From positions 1 to 41,697 of IMG/VR virus record IMGVR_UViG_3300020045_004948: a stretch of DNA of 41,697 nucleotides; one strand, 5' to 3'. The notes beneath the pieces are model-generated. The model ran no database searches and had not been told where the DNA came from. It worked only from the letters and a program-made list of their open reading frames with translations. This DNA is from a virus. Taxonomy: Duplodnaviria > Caudoviricetes. The translations under genes were made by a program, and so were the position numbers. This document shows positions 9,352-18,600 of the stretch, in pieces (the stretch's first letter is position 1; every line of letters begins with the position of its first letter).

Positions 9352-10281
9352 ATGGCAGTTAAAAATATTTATAGAGATATTGCTTTACAAGAAGCTAAAA
9401 CTCAAAGTGTAATGATAGACCAATTCTTAGAAGAAGCTCCAATCGTTGCAATGATGCCTATGGAAGCATCAACACACGGATTATCTAATCTATTTGAAGA
9501 AGTATCAAGTGTTACTGGTGCTGGAATGGTTGATATTGATGATGAATTACCAACAGTAGATGCTCAAACAGAATTAAAGCAAACTGATTTATCTATCTTA
9601 GGTGGAACAATGTTTGTTGGTGAAGATAAAGCTAAAAAATTAGGTGGTGCTGCTGCTTATTTTGCTAAAAAAGAAGCTTTAATCTTAAGAAAAACTGGTG
9701 AAGATGTAGAAAAAGCAATTATCTACAATAACATTAGAGCATACTCAATTACTGAGGGAAAAGCTGAATCAGCTGGTGGAAGCTCAAACATTAACTACTC
9801 AATCTTAGCTGTAACATGGACTCCGGGGGAAATCACTGGATTATATGACCCTAATGGTTTTGGCAATGGAAAAGTATTTGATATTTTACCTATCAATGGT
9901 GGTGCAGTATATGAAAAACTTATTAATGGTAAAAACATTTTAGGTTATGGAGTAAGACTTAAATCTTATTTAGGTATTCAATTAGCTAATAAAAGATATG
10001 TTTCTTCAATCGTAAATATTGACTTAGACTCAGGAACTCCAAAACCTCCAACAGAAAGAATGATGGATAATTTATTATTAAAAGCAAGAGCTAATAGCTC
10101 AACAGTTTTATATATGCACCCAAGAGTATTAGCTGAGCTTTACAATTATAAGGCTTCAAGATTACAAATGAATCCAAATCAAAATGATGTTGATAGAACT
10201 GTTGCAAGATGGAATGGAACTCCTATCGTAACTTCTTACAACTTCTTAGACGCATTAGAAGCAAACGTAACAATCGCATAA
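9352..10281 (+). CDS. Major capsid protein
   Basis: 309 aa after scaffold, followed by a hairpin; resembles BPP-1 Bbp17-like capsids. Confidence 0.85.
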   Translation: MAVKNIYRDIALQEAKTQSVMIDQFLEEAPIVAMMPMEASTHGLSNLFEEVSSVTGAGMVDIDDELPTVDAQTELKQTDLSILGGTMFVGEDKAKKLGGAAAYFAKKEALILRKTGEDVEKAIIYNNIRAYSITEGKAESAGGSSNINYSILAVTWTPGEITGLYDPNGFGNGKVFDILPINGGAVYEKLINGKNILGYGVRLKSYLGIQLANKRYVSSIVNIDLDSGTPKPPTERMMDNLLLKARANSSTVLYMHPRVLAELYNYKASRLQMNPNQNDVDRTVARWNGTPIVTSYNFLDALEANVTIA

Positions 10282-10284
10282 GTT

Positions 10285-10304
10285 GAGTGGATTAATTTCC
10301 ACTC
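10285..10304 (+). terminator. Hairpin after capsid gene
   Basis: GAGTGGA-TTAATT-TCCACTC. Confidence 0.6.
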
Positions 10305-10331
10305 TTAAATAAATTAAAACAAGGAAATAAA

Positions 10332-10742
10332 ATGGCTATTGGAAAAATATCAGAAGAGCTTAAATCTGCTCAGGATTATTTATTTAACGATGCAACAGTT
10401 ACAGCAAATGCAACTTTAACTGGTTCTGCTCAATTAGTTGGTGGTGCTCAGGCTGCACTTGAAATCGTAGTAAATGTAGGAAGTACAGCTATTGCTTTAG
10501 CTGATACAAAAGTATTAACTATCTCTTTAACTGGAAGTGATACAGAAGGTGGAAGTTTTACAGCTTTTCAAACTTTATACACTAAAACAGCGTCAGGGGC
10601 AACAACTTTAGCAGCTGGTACAGAGTTAGCAAGATATGTAGTTAAACCATCAGACCCACTTTATGTTAAAGCAGTAGCAGTAAACAATGATGCAACTTTA
10701 ACTGGTAAAATCGAAGCATATATTAGATATATAGCGAGATAG
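10332..10742 (+). CDS. Capsid cement/decoration protein (Bbp16-like)
   Basis: Beta-rich 136 aa directly after capsid; TLAAGTEL, LTGKIEAYI. Confidence 0.65.
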   Translation: MAIGKISEELKSAQDYLFNDATVTANATLTGSAQLVGGAQAALEIVVNVGSTAIALADTKVLTISLTGSDTEGGSFTAFQTLYTKTASGATTLAAGTELARYVVKPSDPLYVKAVAVNNDATLTGKIEAYIRYIAR

Positions 10743-10744
10743 TT

Positions 10745-10879
10745 ATGAGTATCTATTTATGCTCTACTTGCAATAAGTTTCATGAAACAAAAGCTGAAAT
10801 GAAAAATTGTAAGCATACAAAAGAAGTAGAGAAAGTTGAAGTTTTAGAAGATAAAAAAGCTAAAACTAAAGAAAAATAG
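10745..10879 (+). CDS. Small protein with CxxC (44 aa, not in ORF track)
   Basis: MSIYLCSTCNKFHETK...; lies between cement gene and terminator. Confidence 0.6.
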   Translation: MSIYLCSTCNKFHETKAEMKNCKHTKEVEKVEVLEDKKAKTKEK

Positions 10880-10911
10880 TTTATAATCTGATTTAATTTT
10901 TTATTAAAGAT

Positions 10912-10938
10912 AAGGGAGTTTAATCGCTCCCTTTTTTT
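10912..10938 (+). terminator. Intrinsic terminator
   Basis: AAGGGAGT-TTAATC-GCTCCCTT followed by T tract. Confidence 0.8.
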
Positions 10939-10945
10939 ATGCCTT

Positions 10946-11149
10946 TTAATATAATTTATTTAAAAAATCATAAATTATTTCATCAAATGATTTATTTGTA
11001 ATTTCTTTTTTAAATATAATCCCCTCTGTTGCTATAAATCTTTCATTTTCATAATCTAGCTTTATTTTAAAACTGCTACTTACTAATTTATACATTGATT
11101 CTATATTATGCTTAATAGCTTCAATTAATTCAATTTTATTTATTTCCAT
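10946..11149 (-). CDS. Hypothetical protein (67 aa)
   Basis: AGGAG RBS precedes ATG at 11149; promoter -10 at 11177-11172 lies inside the longer track ORF. Confidence 0.65.
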   Translation of the reverse strand: MEINKIELIEAIKHNIESMYKLVSSSFKIKLDYENERFIATEGIIFKKEITNKSFDEIIYDFLNKLY

Positions 11150-11310
11150 TTTAATCTCCTCTTTTTTCTTAATTATAAACAAACTCCAAACCAAAGTAAA
11201 GTAATATTCTAAAATTACCAATTAAAATTAAAACTTAGTTACAAATTTACACAAATTAAAATTAATCTTCTTAATTATGTTAAAATAAGAATAAAATATA
11301 AAGGGCTAAT

Positions 11311-11778
11311 ATGGCTTTAATAATAGAAGATGGGACGGGATTAATAAATGCAGATTCTTATATTGATGTTGCATTCGCTGACTCGTATTTTTTAAAGCGT
11401 GGGATAACTCAATGGGCTTCACTTACTAATCGTGAGCAGTTAATTATTCGTGCAATGGATTATATAGAGAACAACTACACTTACCTTGGTACAAAATTAG
11501 TATCTACTCAGAGCCTCTCATTTCCTAGATTGATCAATGGAGAAACAGTTTATCCTATTGCTATTAAAAATGCACTTTGTGAATTAGCTTTAAAGGCAAA
11601 TAGTGGGGATTTACTACAAGATACTGGCAAAACTACAATCAGAGAAAAAGTAGGTACACTAGAAGTTGAATACGACCCTAATCAAGACGACTTAACATCT
11701 TACAATTATGTAAATAAACTATTAGCTCCGTATTTAGTATCAACGAGTTCATTTAGTTATTCGATTTCAAGAGTTTAA
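11311..11778 (+). CDS. Head-tail adaptor (family often annotated DnaT-like)
   Basis: MALIIEDGTG...ADSY, QSLSFPR, EKVGTLEVEY. Confidence 0.8.
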   Translation: MALIIEDGTGLINADSYIDVAFADSYFLKRGITQWASLTNREQLIIRAMDYIENNYTYLGTKLVSTQSLSFPRLINGETVYPIAIKNALCELALKANSGDLLQDTGKTTIREKVGTLEVEYDPNQDDLTSYNYVNKLLAPYLVSTSSFSYSISRV

Positions 11779-11826
11779 AATAACTTTAATGATATAATTT
11801 GATATTAAATTAAAGGGGTTTAAAAA

Positions 11827-12129
11827 ATGAGAAAACACGACATAACTACATGTAAAGAACCTAAAGATATAAATGAGGATTTAATTTACAGATTTATATC
11901 TATGAAAGTTATCCGAAAATATAAAGATATAGAGTCTTTAAATATGGGTTTAAAAAGAGATGTGACTGAATATAAACTTGATTATGATGAAATTGAAAAA
12001 GTATTGAGTCCCATATATATGGAAATTAATTTTATATATAAAGGTAAATCAAGAGATATGAATTTTAGTTATGATAATGAAATTCAAGTAATCACAGATA
12101 TAATTGAATATTTTAATAATTTAAAGTAA
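11827..12129 (+). CDS. Hypothetical protein (inserted accessory gene)
   Basis: Own TGATATAAT promoter and AGGGG RBS. Confidence 0.65.
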   Translation: MRKHDITTCKEPKDINEDLIYRFISMKVIRKYKDIESLNMGLKRDVTEYKLDYDEIEKVLSPIYMEINFIYKGKSRDMNFSYDNEIQVITDIIEYFNNLK

Positions 12130-12140
12130 AAGGGATTATA

Positions 12141-12518
12141 ATGAAATACTGTAAAAAATATAAAAAGACACATCACTATTTGCCTATCTTTGGTATGAAT
12201 ATGAATTTTGTTTTTAATCACAATGACTTTAATTATCTATGTAAACAATATCAAGATTATGAAGCAGATAGACCACTTTCAAATAATGGTGAATGTTTTA
12301 TGAATTCGGAAAATGGTGATGTAGTTATTGGAATATTTAATAATAGTATTTCAACTATAGTTCACGAAGTAACTCATTCAACATTATTTTTATTGGAGTC
12401 AAGATTTATGAACCCTCACGACTCAAATGGCGAAGCTATGGCATATATTCAAGCACACTTATTTGATGAGATAAATAAAAGAATGATTAAATATCATAAG
12501 AAGGCTAAAAATGACTAG
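12141..12518 (+). CDS. HEXXH-containing hypothetical protein
   Basis: IVHEVTH...EAMAY zincin-like motif. Confidence 0.6.
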   Translation: MKYCKKYKKTHHYLPIFGMNMNFVFNHNDFNYLCKQYQDYEADRPLSNNGECFMNSENGDVVIGIFNNSISTIVHEVTHSTLFLLESRFMNPHDSNGEAMAYIQAHLFDEINKRMIKYHKKAKND

Positions 12519-12876
12519 CAATGATAAATGGGCTTTACCCCTAGCTACTAAACTAATCAAAAAAAATGGAAAGCTAGTTACATATAGAAAAGTAGTCGAG
12601 GGAAGTTACGACCCAATAACAGATACACAAACAGTATCTTCAACGACTGATTATCCAATTAAGGCATTAATACAAAAGCCTGATATTAGATTGATAGATA
12701 ACAACTTAATTAAATCAACAAGCTTAGTTTTAATGATTGCTAGTAGTGATATAACTTTTAATATTGAGTTGCAAGACACCATCTTGATTGAGTCAATAGG
12801 ATATAAAGTATCTGTGATTAATCCTACTTATAGTGGTGAAATGATTGCTTATTATGAATTAGTGGTTAATATCTAA
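12511..12876 (+). CDS. Head closure/stopper protein
   Basis: Position, size, GSYDPIT motif. Confidence 0.7.
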   Translation: MTSNDKWALPLATKLIKKNGKLVTYRKVVEGSYDPITDTQTVSSTTDYPIKALIQKPDIRLIDNNLIKSTSLVLMIASSDITFNIELQDTILIESIGYKVSVINPTYSGEMIAYYELVVNI

Positions 12877-13277
12877 TGGCTAAAAGTTTTGAATTACAAA
12901 TGAAAGAGTTTGAGAATATGACTACCGAAAAAAGTGAGTTATTATTTAAAAAGGTTTGCTTTGATTTAAGTAATTCAATTATTATGGACACCGCAGTAGA
13001 TAAAGGAACTGCACGTGGGAACTGGCAACCTGATATTAACTCAATTCAAAATGATGTTTTGGAAATAGAAGATAAATCAGGAAATGCAACAGTTGCTAAA
13101 GTAGCAAGTCAAACTAATAATTTAAAGCTAGGTCAATATTTTACATTAACAAATAATTTGCCTTATATTCTTAGGTTAGAATATGGTTGGAGTAAGAAAT
13201 CACCTCAAGGTATGTTAGGAATTAATGTAATGAGATTTCAAAACTTTGTAAATCAAGCAAATAAGGGTATTAAATAA
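12876..13277 (+). CDS. HK97 gp10-like neck/tail completion protein
   Basis: VDKGTARGNW, NNLPYILRLEYGWSKKSPQGM. Confidence 0.85.
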   Translation: MAKSFELQMKEFENMTTEKSELLFKKVCFDLSNSIIMDTAVDKGTARGNWQPDINSIQNDVLEIEDKSGNATVAKVASQTNNLKLGQYFTLTNNLPYILRLEYGWSKKSPQGMLGINVMRFQNFVNQANKGIK

Positions 13278-13376
13278 GTTACTTTTTTACGCATTATTTA
13301 AACTAAAATATCTAAATATTTAAATTTTATTTACAAAACTTTTTATTTTAGTAATAATATATAAAAAGGATAGATT

Positions 13377-13808
13377 ATGAATATGTTACAAAAAGCTTTT
13401 ATAAAAGCTGATTTTTATAGTTATTTATTAGATAAATATAAAGACATTATTTTAAGAGTACCAAGTATGGAAGATTTTTTTTATTGTTATAAAAAAGTTT
13501 TTAATGAAAATTTTACAATTGAAGATTTCAAAAATACATACCCATTCACTCAAATAGAAGGAGAAATAATTACAAATCCCAGTGTAGTTATTACTAATGA
13601 AGAGTATGAAATGTTTAACCACTTTGAGCATCCAGTTTTTATTAATGGAATAGATGATTCATTATTCATCGCAGATGCTATTGATTGGAGTAATAATAAT
13701 ACAATAAATATACAAGAAGAAAAGAATATTTTTTATAAACAAGAAGAGCAAAGACTTCATAAAGATATATCTGATAGTATAAAGGAAGTCTTACTTACTA
13801 TAAAATAA
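13377..13808 (+). CDS. Hypothetical protein (inserted accessory gene)
   Basis: Own TTTACA-17-AATAAT promoter, AAGGA RBS. Confidence 0.7.
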   Translation: MNMLQKAFIKADFYSYLLDKYKDIILRVPSMEDFFYCYKKVFNENFTIEDFKNTYPFTQIEGEIITNPSVVITNEEYEMFNHFEHPVFINGIDDSLFIADAIDWSNNNTINIQEEKNIFYKQEEQRLHKDISDSIKEVLLTIK

Positions 13809-13836
13809 GTTATAATACCTAAAAAGGTTATAACTT

Positions 13837-14238
13837 ATGAGCATAAATAAAGTCTATACAGTATTTATAACAAAACTAAATACACTAACTCCATTAATAG
13901 ATACAGCGTACGAGAACAAAGACTATGTCCCAACAACTGGAAAAGAGTATCAAGAAGTCTATATATTACCATCTAGTAATAATGTACCATATATAAATGA
14001 AACTTCATACGAAATGGAAGGCTTAGTACAAATTACACTTTGTTATCCAATTAATGAAGGAAGAAGTAAAGCTATGGATAGAGCTAATCTATATATGGGA
14101 TTATTTCCAGTCGGTACAGTTTTAACTATCGATAGTTTAAAGATTAGAATTAAGGGAGTACCTCAAATTGCTAATCTTGGAGTTGATAATGGTAGGTATA
14201 AAATAGCGTTAAGGGTAGGCTTTTTAGCTGTGTTATAA
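13837..14238 (+). CDS. Tail terminator protein (DUF4128-like)
   Basis: AYEN, GLVQITLCYP...G; precedes tail tube gene. Confidence 0.75.
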   Translation: MSINKVYTVFITKLNTLTPLIDTAYENKDYVPTTGKEYQEVYILPSSNNVPYINETSYEMEGLVQITLCYPINEGRSKAMDRANLYMGLFPVGTVLTIDSLKIRIKGVPQIANLGVDNGRYKIALRVGFLAVL

Positions 14239-14272
14239 TTTATAGTTAAAATTTTAATTATAAAGGACAATT

Positions 14273-14722
14273 ATGGCATTTGTAGACTCAACGGGTACAG
14301 ATTTCTATCTAGTTGCTACATCGGTAGCAGCAACAACAAAAGCAGAATGTACAACAGCTATCGCAACAGCTAAGAGAATAAAAAATCTTAAGACTTTTGG
14401 TGATATTGGTGGAACAAGAGCGACAAGTGAGGAGAAATTCTTAAGCTCAGACGACTCAGTAAAATCAATGGGTTCAATCTCTTATGGTAATATGCCAGTA
14501 GAGTGTTTATTTGATTCGGCAGATACTGAAGGCCAGTCGATATTAAAAACAATGTACTCAGATAAAACTGAAAGAAAAATGATTATCGAGAATACAGACG
14601 GAAATTTCACAGTGCTACCCGTAAAGGTATCTAGTTCTATGAAAACTTATGCAATTGATGCTTTTGTTATGTACAAAGGTACTATTGAACAAAATGGTGC
14701 GGAATTAGAAATAATTGCTTAA
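14273..14722 (+). CDS. Major tail tube protein
   Basis: Position before chaperones and tape measure; FGDIGG, GSISYG; followed by terminator. Confidence 0.75.
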   Translation: MAFVDSTGTDFYLVATSVAATTKAECTTAIATAKRIKNLKTFGDIGGTRATSEEKFLSSDDSVKSMGSISYGNMPVECLFDSADTEGQSILKTMYSDKTERKMIIENTDGNFTVLPVKVSSSMKTYAIDAFVMYKGTIEQNGAELEIIA

Positions 14723-14726
14723 CCTT

Positions 14727-14755
14727 AAAGGCTAGACTAAAAACCTAGCCTTTTT
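14727..14755 (+). terminator. Intrinsic terminator
   Basis: AAAGGCTAG...CTAGCCTTT plus T run. Confidence 0.75.
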
Positions 14756-14798
14756 ACTTACTTTATGCTATAATTTTCTAAATTAAAAAAGGAAGATT

Positions 14799-15215
14799 AT
14801 GCAAATATCAACACTATCAAATTTAAAATTAGATGACTCTAAAGAGTTCGAAGTACTTGACCCTATTACTGGAAAAAGAAGTCAATCTTATAATCCTAAA
14901 ACTAAAACTTATGATGAAACTCCCGCATTCATCTCAATATATTATGCCGGTTCTAAAAAGATTAAAAAACTACAGTTAGAACTACAAAGAAATGCTATTG
15001 AAGCGATCAAAAATAAAAAAGAAATTCCAATAGAAAAAGAAATTGAAGATTTATTCTTATTTGAATTAGTTGCTGGATATAGAGGATTTAAAGATGATAA
15101 AAACAAAGAGTTAGAATTTAATGAAACTAACACAAAGCTATTATTAGATATTCCATATATTAGAAGTTTAATTGAAGAAGTATCTGCAAATATGGGAAAC
15201 TTCTCGGAGAAGTAA
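14799..15215 (+). CDS. Tail assembly chaperone (gpG-like)
   Basis: Position; GGGAAAC slippery site near 3' end. Confidence 0.8.
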   Translation: MQISTLSNLKLDDSKEFEVLDPITGKRSQSYNPKTKTYDETPAFISIYYAGSKKIKKLQLELQRNAIEAIKNKKEIPIEKEIEDLFLFELVAGYRGFKDDKNKELEFNETNTKLLLDIPYIRSLIEEVSANMGNFSEK

Positions 15216-15586
15216 GCAATAGTTTACTTCTATTCGTTAGACAACTAGGATACTTAAGAGCAACACCTGATGCAGATTACAAGCCTAAAGATTCATCTTG
15301 CAGGTTAGATATTTATGACAAAATGGGCAAAACTCCTGATTTTCCTATTTTAAAATGCGGTGGATATTTAATTGAACATTTAGAAAACTTAGGCTTTTAC
15401 ATGTCCTCAGGTATGGGAATGATTCCATTAACTTTTCAAGAAATAGAGTCTTATATGAGAATAACCAACACTCCTTTAAATAGTGATGAAGTTATGATTA
15501 TTAGACAAATGAGTCAATTATATATCCAAGAAATTAACGACACAAATCCAGAGTCGAAAGCTCCTTATTCGGTTACTACACTTTAG
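15194..15586 (+). CDS. Tail assembly chaperone frameshift extension (gpGT-like)
   Basis: -1 frame from GGGAAAC (15194-15200) is open and in frame with the 15323-15586 ORF. Confidence 0.8.
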   Translation, partial: GKLLGEVSNSLLLFVRQLGYLRATPDADYKPKDSSCRLDIYDKMGKTPDFPILKCGGYLIEHLENLGFYMSSGMGMIPLTFQEIESYMRITNTPLNSDEVMIIRQMSQLYIQEINDTNPESKAPYSVTTL

Positions 15587-15628
15587 ATATAATATCCTTA
15601 TAAATAATCAAAATATAAGGCATATTAT

Positions 15629-18600
15629 ATGGACAATATCGCACAATTAGGTATAAAAGTTGATTCAAGTAGCATAAAACAAGCTACAAACGAACTATCT
15701 AAACTTACAACACAATCAGGAAAAACTGAACAATCAACTAAAGCAGTAACTGCTGGATTTGTAAATCTTAAAAATATAATTGCAAGTTATGTTTCTATTC
15801 AATTAGGAAAAGAAATAATAAACATTGCTGATAGTATGAACTTATTAAATGCTAGATTAAAATTAGCAACAGCTTCAACAGCGGAATATACATCGCAACA
15901 AACAGCTTTATTAAATATCTCTAAGCAGTCTTATACTGGAATATCTGATACTATAACTCTATTTACTAAATTAAATCCAGCTTTAAAACAAGTAGGGGCT
16001 ACAACAGAGCAAGTTAATAGTGTAGTAGCTTCATTTACTAAGGGATTACAACTTGGTGGAAGCTCAGCAGCAGAAGCTTCAAGTGCAATATTACAATTTT
16101 CACAAGCTATGGGAAGTGGAGTTTTAAGAGGGGAAGAGTTTAATGCTATTAGTGAAGCATCACCTAAACTTATGTCTTACTTAGCTAAAGGGTTGGGAGT
16201 TGCACAAGGTGAACTTAGAAAAATGGCTGAAAATGGAGAACTTACAGCTACAAGAGTTTCTAATGCTTTATTAAAAGTTAAAACAGATATCGATAGAGAT
16301 TTTGCAACATTACCCGTAACAGTTGGAAAAGCATTAACTAATCTAAAAACTGATTTATCTTTGGCTATAAATGAGATTGATACTGCAACGGGTGCAAGTC
16401 AATCATTAGCTAATGGAATAGTTACTATGTCCACTAATATTGGAAATATGGCTAAAAGTATTATTCAATTTTATACAGAGTCAAAAACTTTTATAGATGA
16501 ACATAATTTTGCATTAAAACAAACATCTGGAATTCTATTAGGATTAGGAACTGCTTATGCTGTATTTACAGTAGGTGGTGCAGTTATAAGAGGTATTCAA
16601 GCTACAACAGTCGCAGTTTATGGATTAAGAACTGCCATGTTAGCATTAGAATCTTCTGTGCCAGTAATTGGGTGGATTGCTGCATTAGCTGGTGTTGCAG
16701 TAGGTGCTTATGTAGTTGCTGCAAGTGAAATAGAAAGTGCTAATTTAAGTTTAAGTGGCAATGTATCAGAATTAGATGCTAACTTACAAAAACTCTATAA
16801 GACTAGAGAAGAAATTACAAATGATAAATTCATGCTTGACTCAACACAAGCTGAAAGAAAAAAAGTCATTGACGCTCAAATTGAAGCTATTTTAAATCAA
16901 AAAAATGCAATTTTAGAATTAACAAGTGCTAAATCTGAATATGATAATTCAGTTATACCTAAACAAGAAGATTCTTTTATGGGTCAATTTACAGCGGAAA
17001 AAGTACAAGAAATAGGATTAATTACTGAAACTATTAAAAGAAATCAAAAAGAAATAACTAAACTTTCAGGTTCTGATTATGAAAAATTCAAATTAGATTT
17101 AGCCGATAAAATTGAAAAATTAAAAAAAGCTGGTGCAACAGAAGAAGAAATAAATAAAGCAAGAATAGACTCATTTAAAGAATTTAATGATAAGCAAAAT
17201 AAGGAACAAGAAAAGCAAAACGGAGAATTAGAAAAAGCTAATAAAAAGCTAGAAGAAACTCAAAAAGCAAGAGCAGAGATTGCACAAATTGGAATGAGTA
17301 GTTATGATAAATCAATTTCAGATATTACAGCTAAAACTATAGAATGGGTAAAAGCTGGGTTTTCTAAAAATGAAGTATTAAGTGCAGAAATAAAACTAAG
17401 AAATGAGTTAAATTCTCAAACTATACTAGAAAATATACAGACTGAATTATCATATTATGAGAAAAAATTACAACTTCAAAAAGATAGTTTAGATAAAGAA
17501 CTAGACTTAAAAGCTATTCAATACGCTCAAACAGTTTTAAATATTGAAAACTCAGATAAAACAATAGAGCAAAAACAAAAGCTTATTTCACTAGAAATGG
17601 AATTATACGATGCAACAGTTGAAAGATTAAAAGCTGATAATAATGCAGAGTTTCAAGATACAATTAAATCATTTCAAGAGGACTCGCTAGTTAGACAAAT
17701 TGAGTTAAATAACGCTATATTTGATTTTGGTGCTGGTTTTAAATCTTCTAATAGTGAAATAATGGAAGTTAGCAAGTCTTTAGCTGCAATGAATGATGCG
17801 AGTTTAAAATCTAAAAAAGCAGAAACTGAATTAAACAAAAAATATACTACTGAATTTACTAAATATGCTGGTGATGTAGAGAAAACTAAAGAGCTAGAAC
17901 AACAATATACTAAAGACACAGATTTACTAAATAAACAAGCTATAAGTAATCAGATTCTAGGCTATGCAAATTTATCCGGTGCTATTAGTGGAATGTTCCA
18001 ACAAGGAAGTAAAGAAGCTGCAACTTTTCAAGCTGCTCAAACTGTTTTAGCATTAGTGGAAGGTACAAGAGCTATATTAACTGCTGGAACTGGTGACCCT
18101 TATACTGCTATTCCTAGAATGGCTGCAATGGCGATAATGGTTAAATCATTACTAGGGAATATTGGTGTATCACTTGGAATAGGCGGGAGCAGTACGACTA
18201 CTGGTGATAGTTTCTCAATGCAAAAAGCAAATACTGGAAGTGGTAGTGTATTAGGCGATACTTTAAAAGCTAGTGAGTCAATTACTAAATCTTTATCTAT
18301 TTTAGAAGATTATGCAAAACCTGAGTTTAGACTTTCACAACAAATGTCAAAAAGTCTTGAAAGTATTGATAGTAAAATAGGTGGTGTAACTTCTTTATTA
18401 CTTCAAAATTCAGCAACAGCATTAGGTACGAATTATACTGGCGGGTTTGATACTGGATTTAAGAATAATATATCTACAAATGCCTTAACTAGTTCTGTAA
18501 TTAATCCTATCGGAAGTATATTATCTAAAATCCCAGTTATCGGACAAATTAATAATCTATTTAGTGGTATTATAAATAGTGCTATTGGTGGAATATTTGG

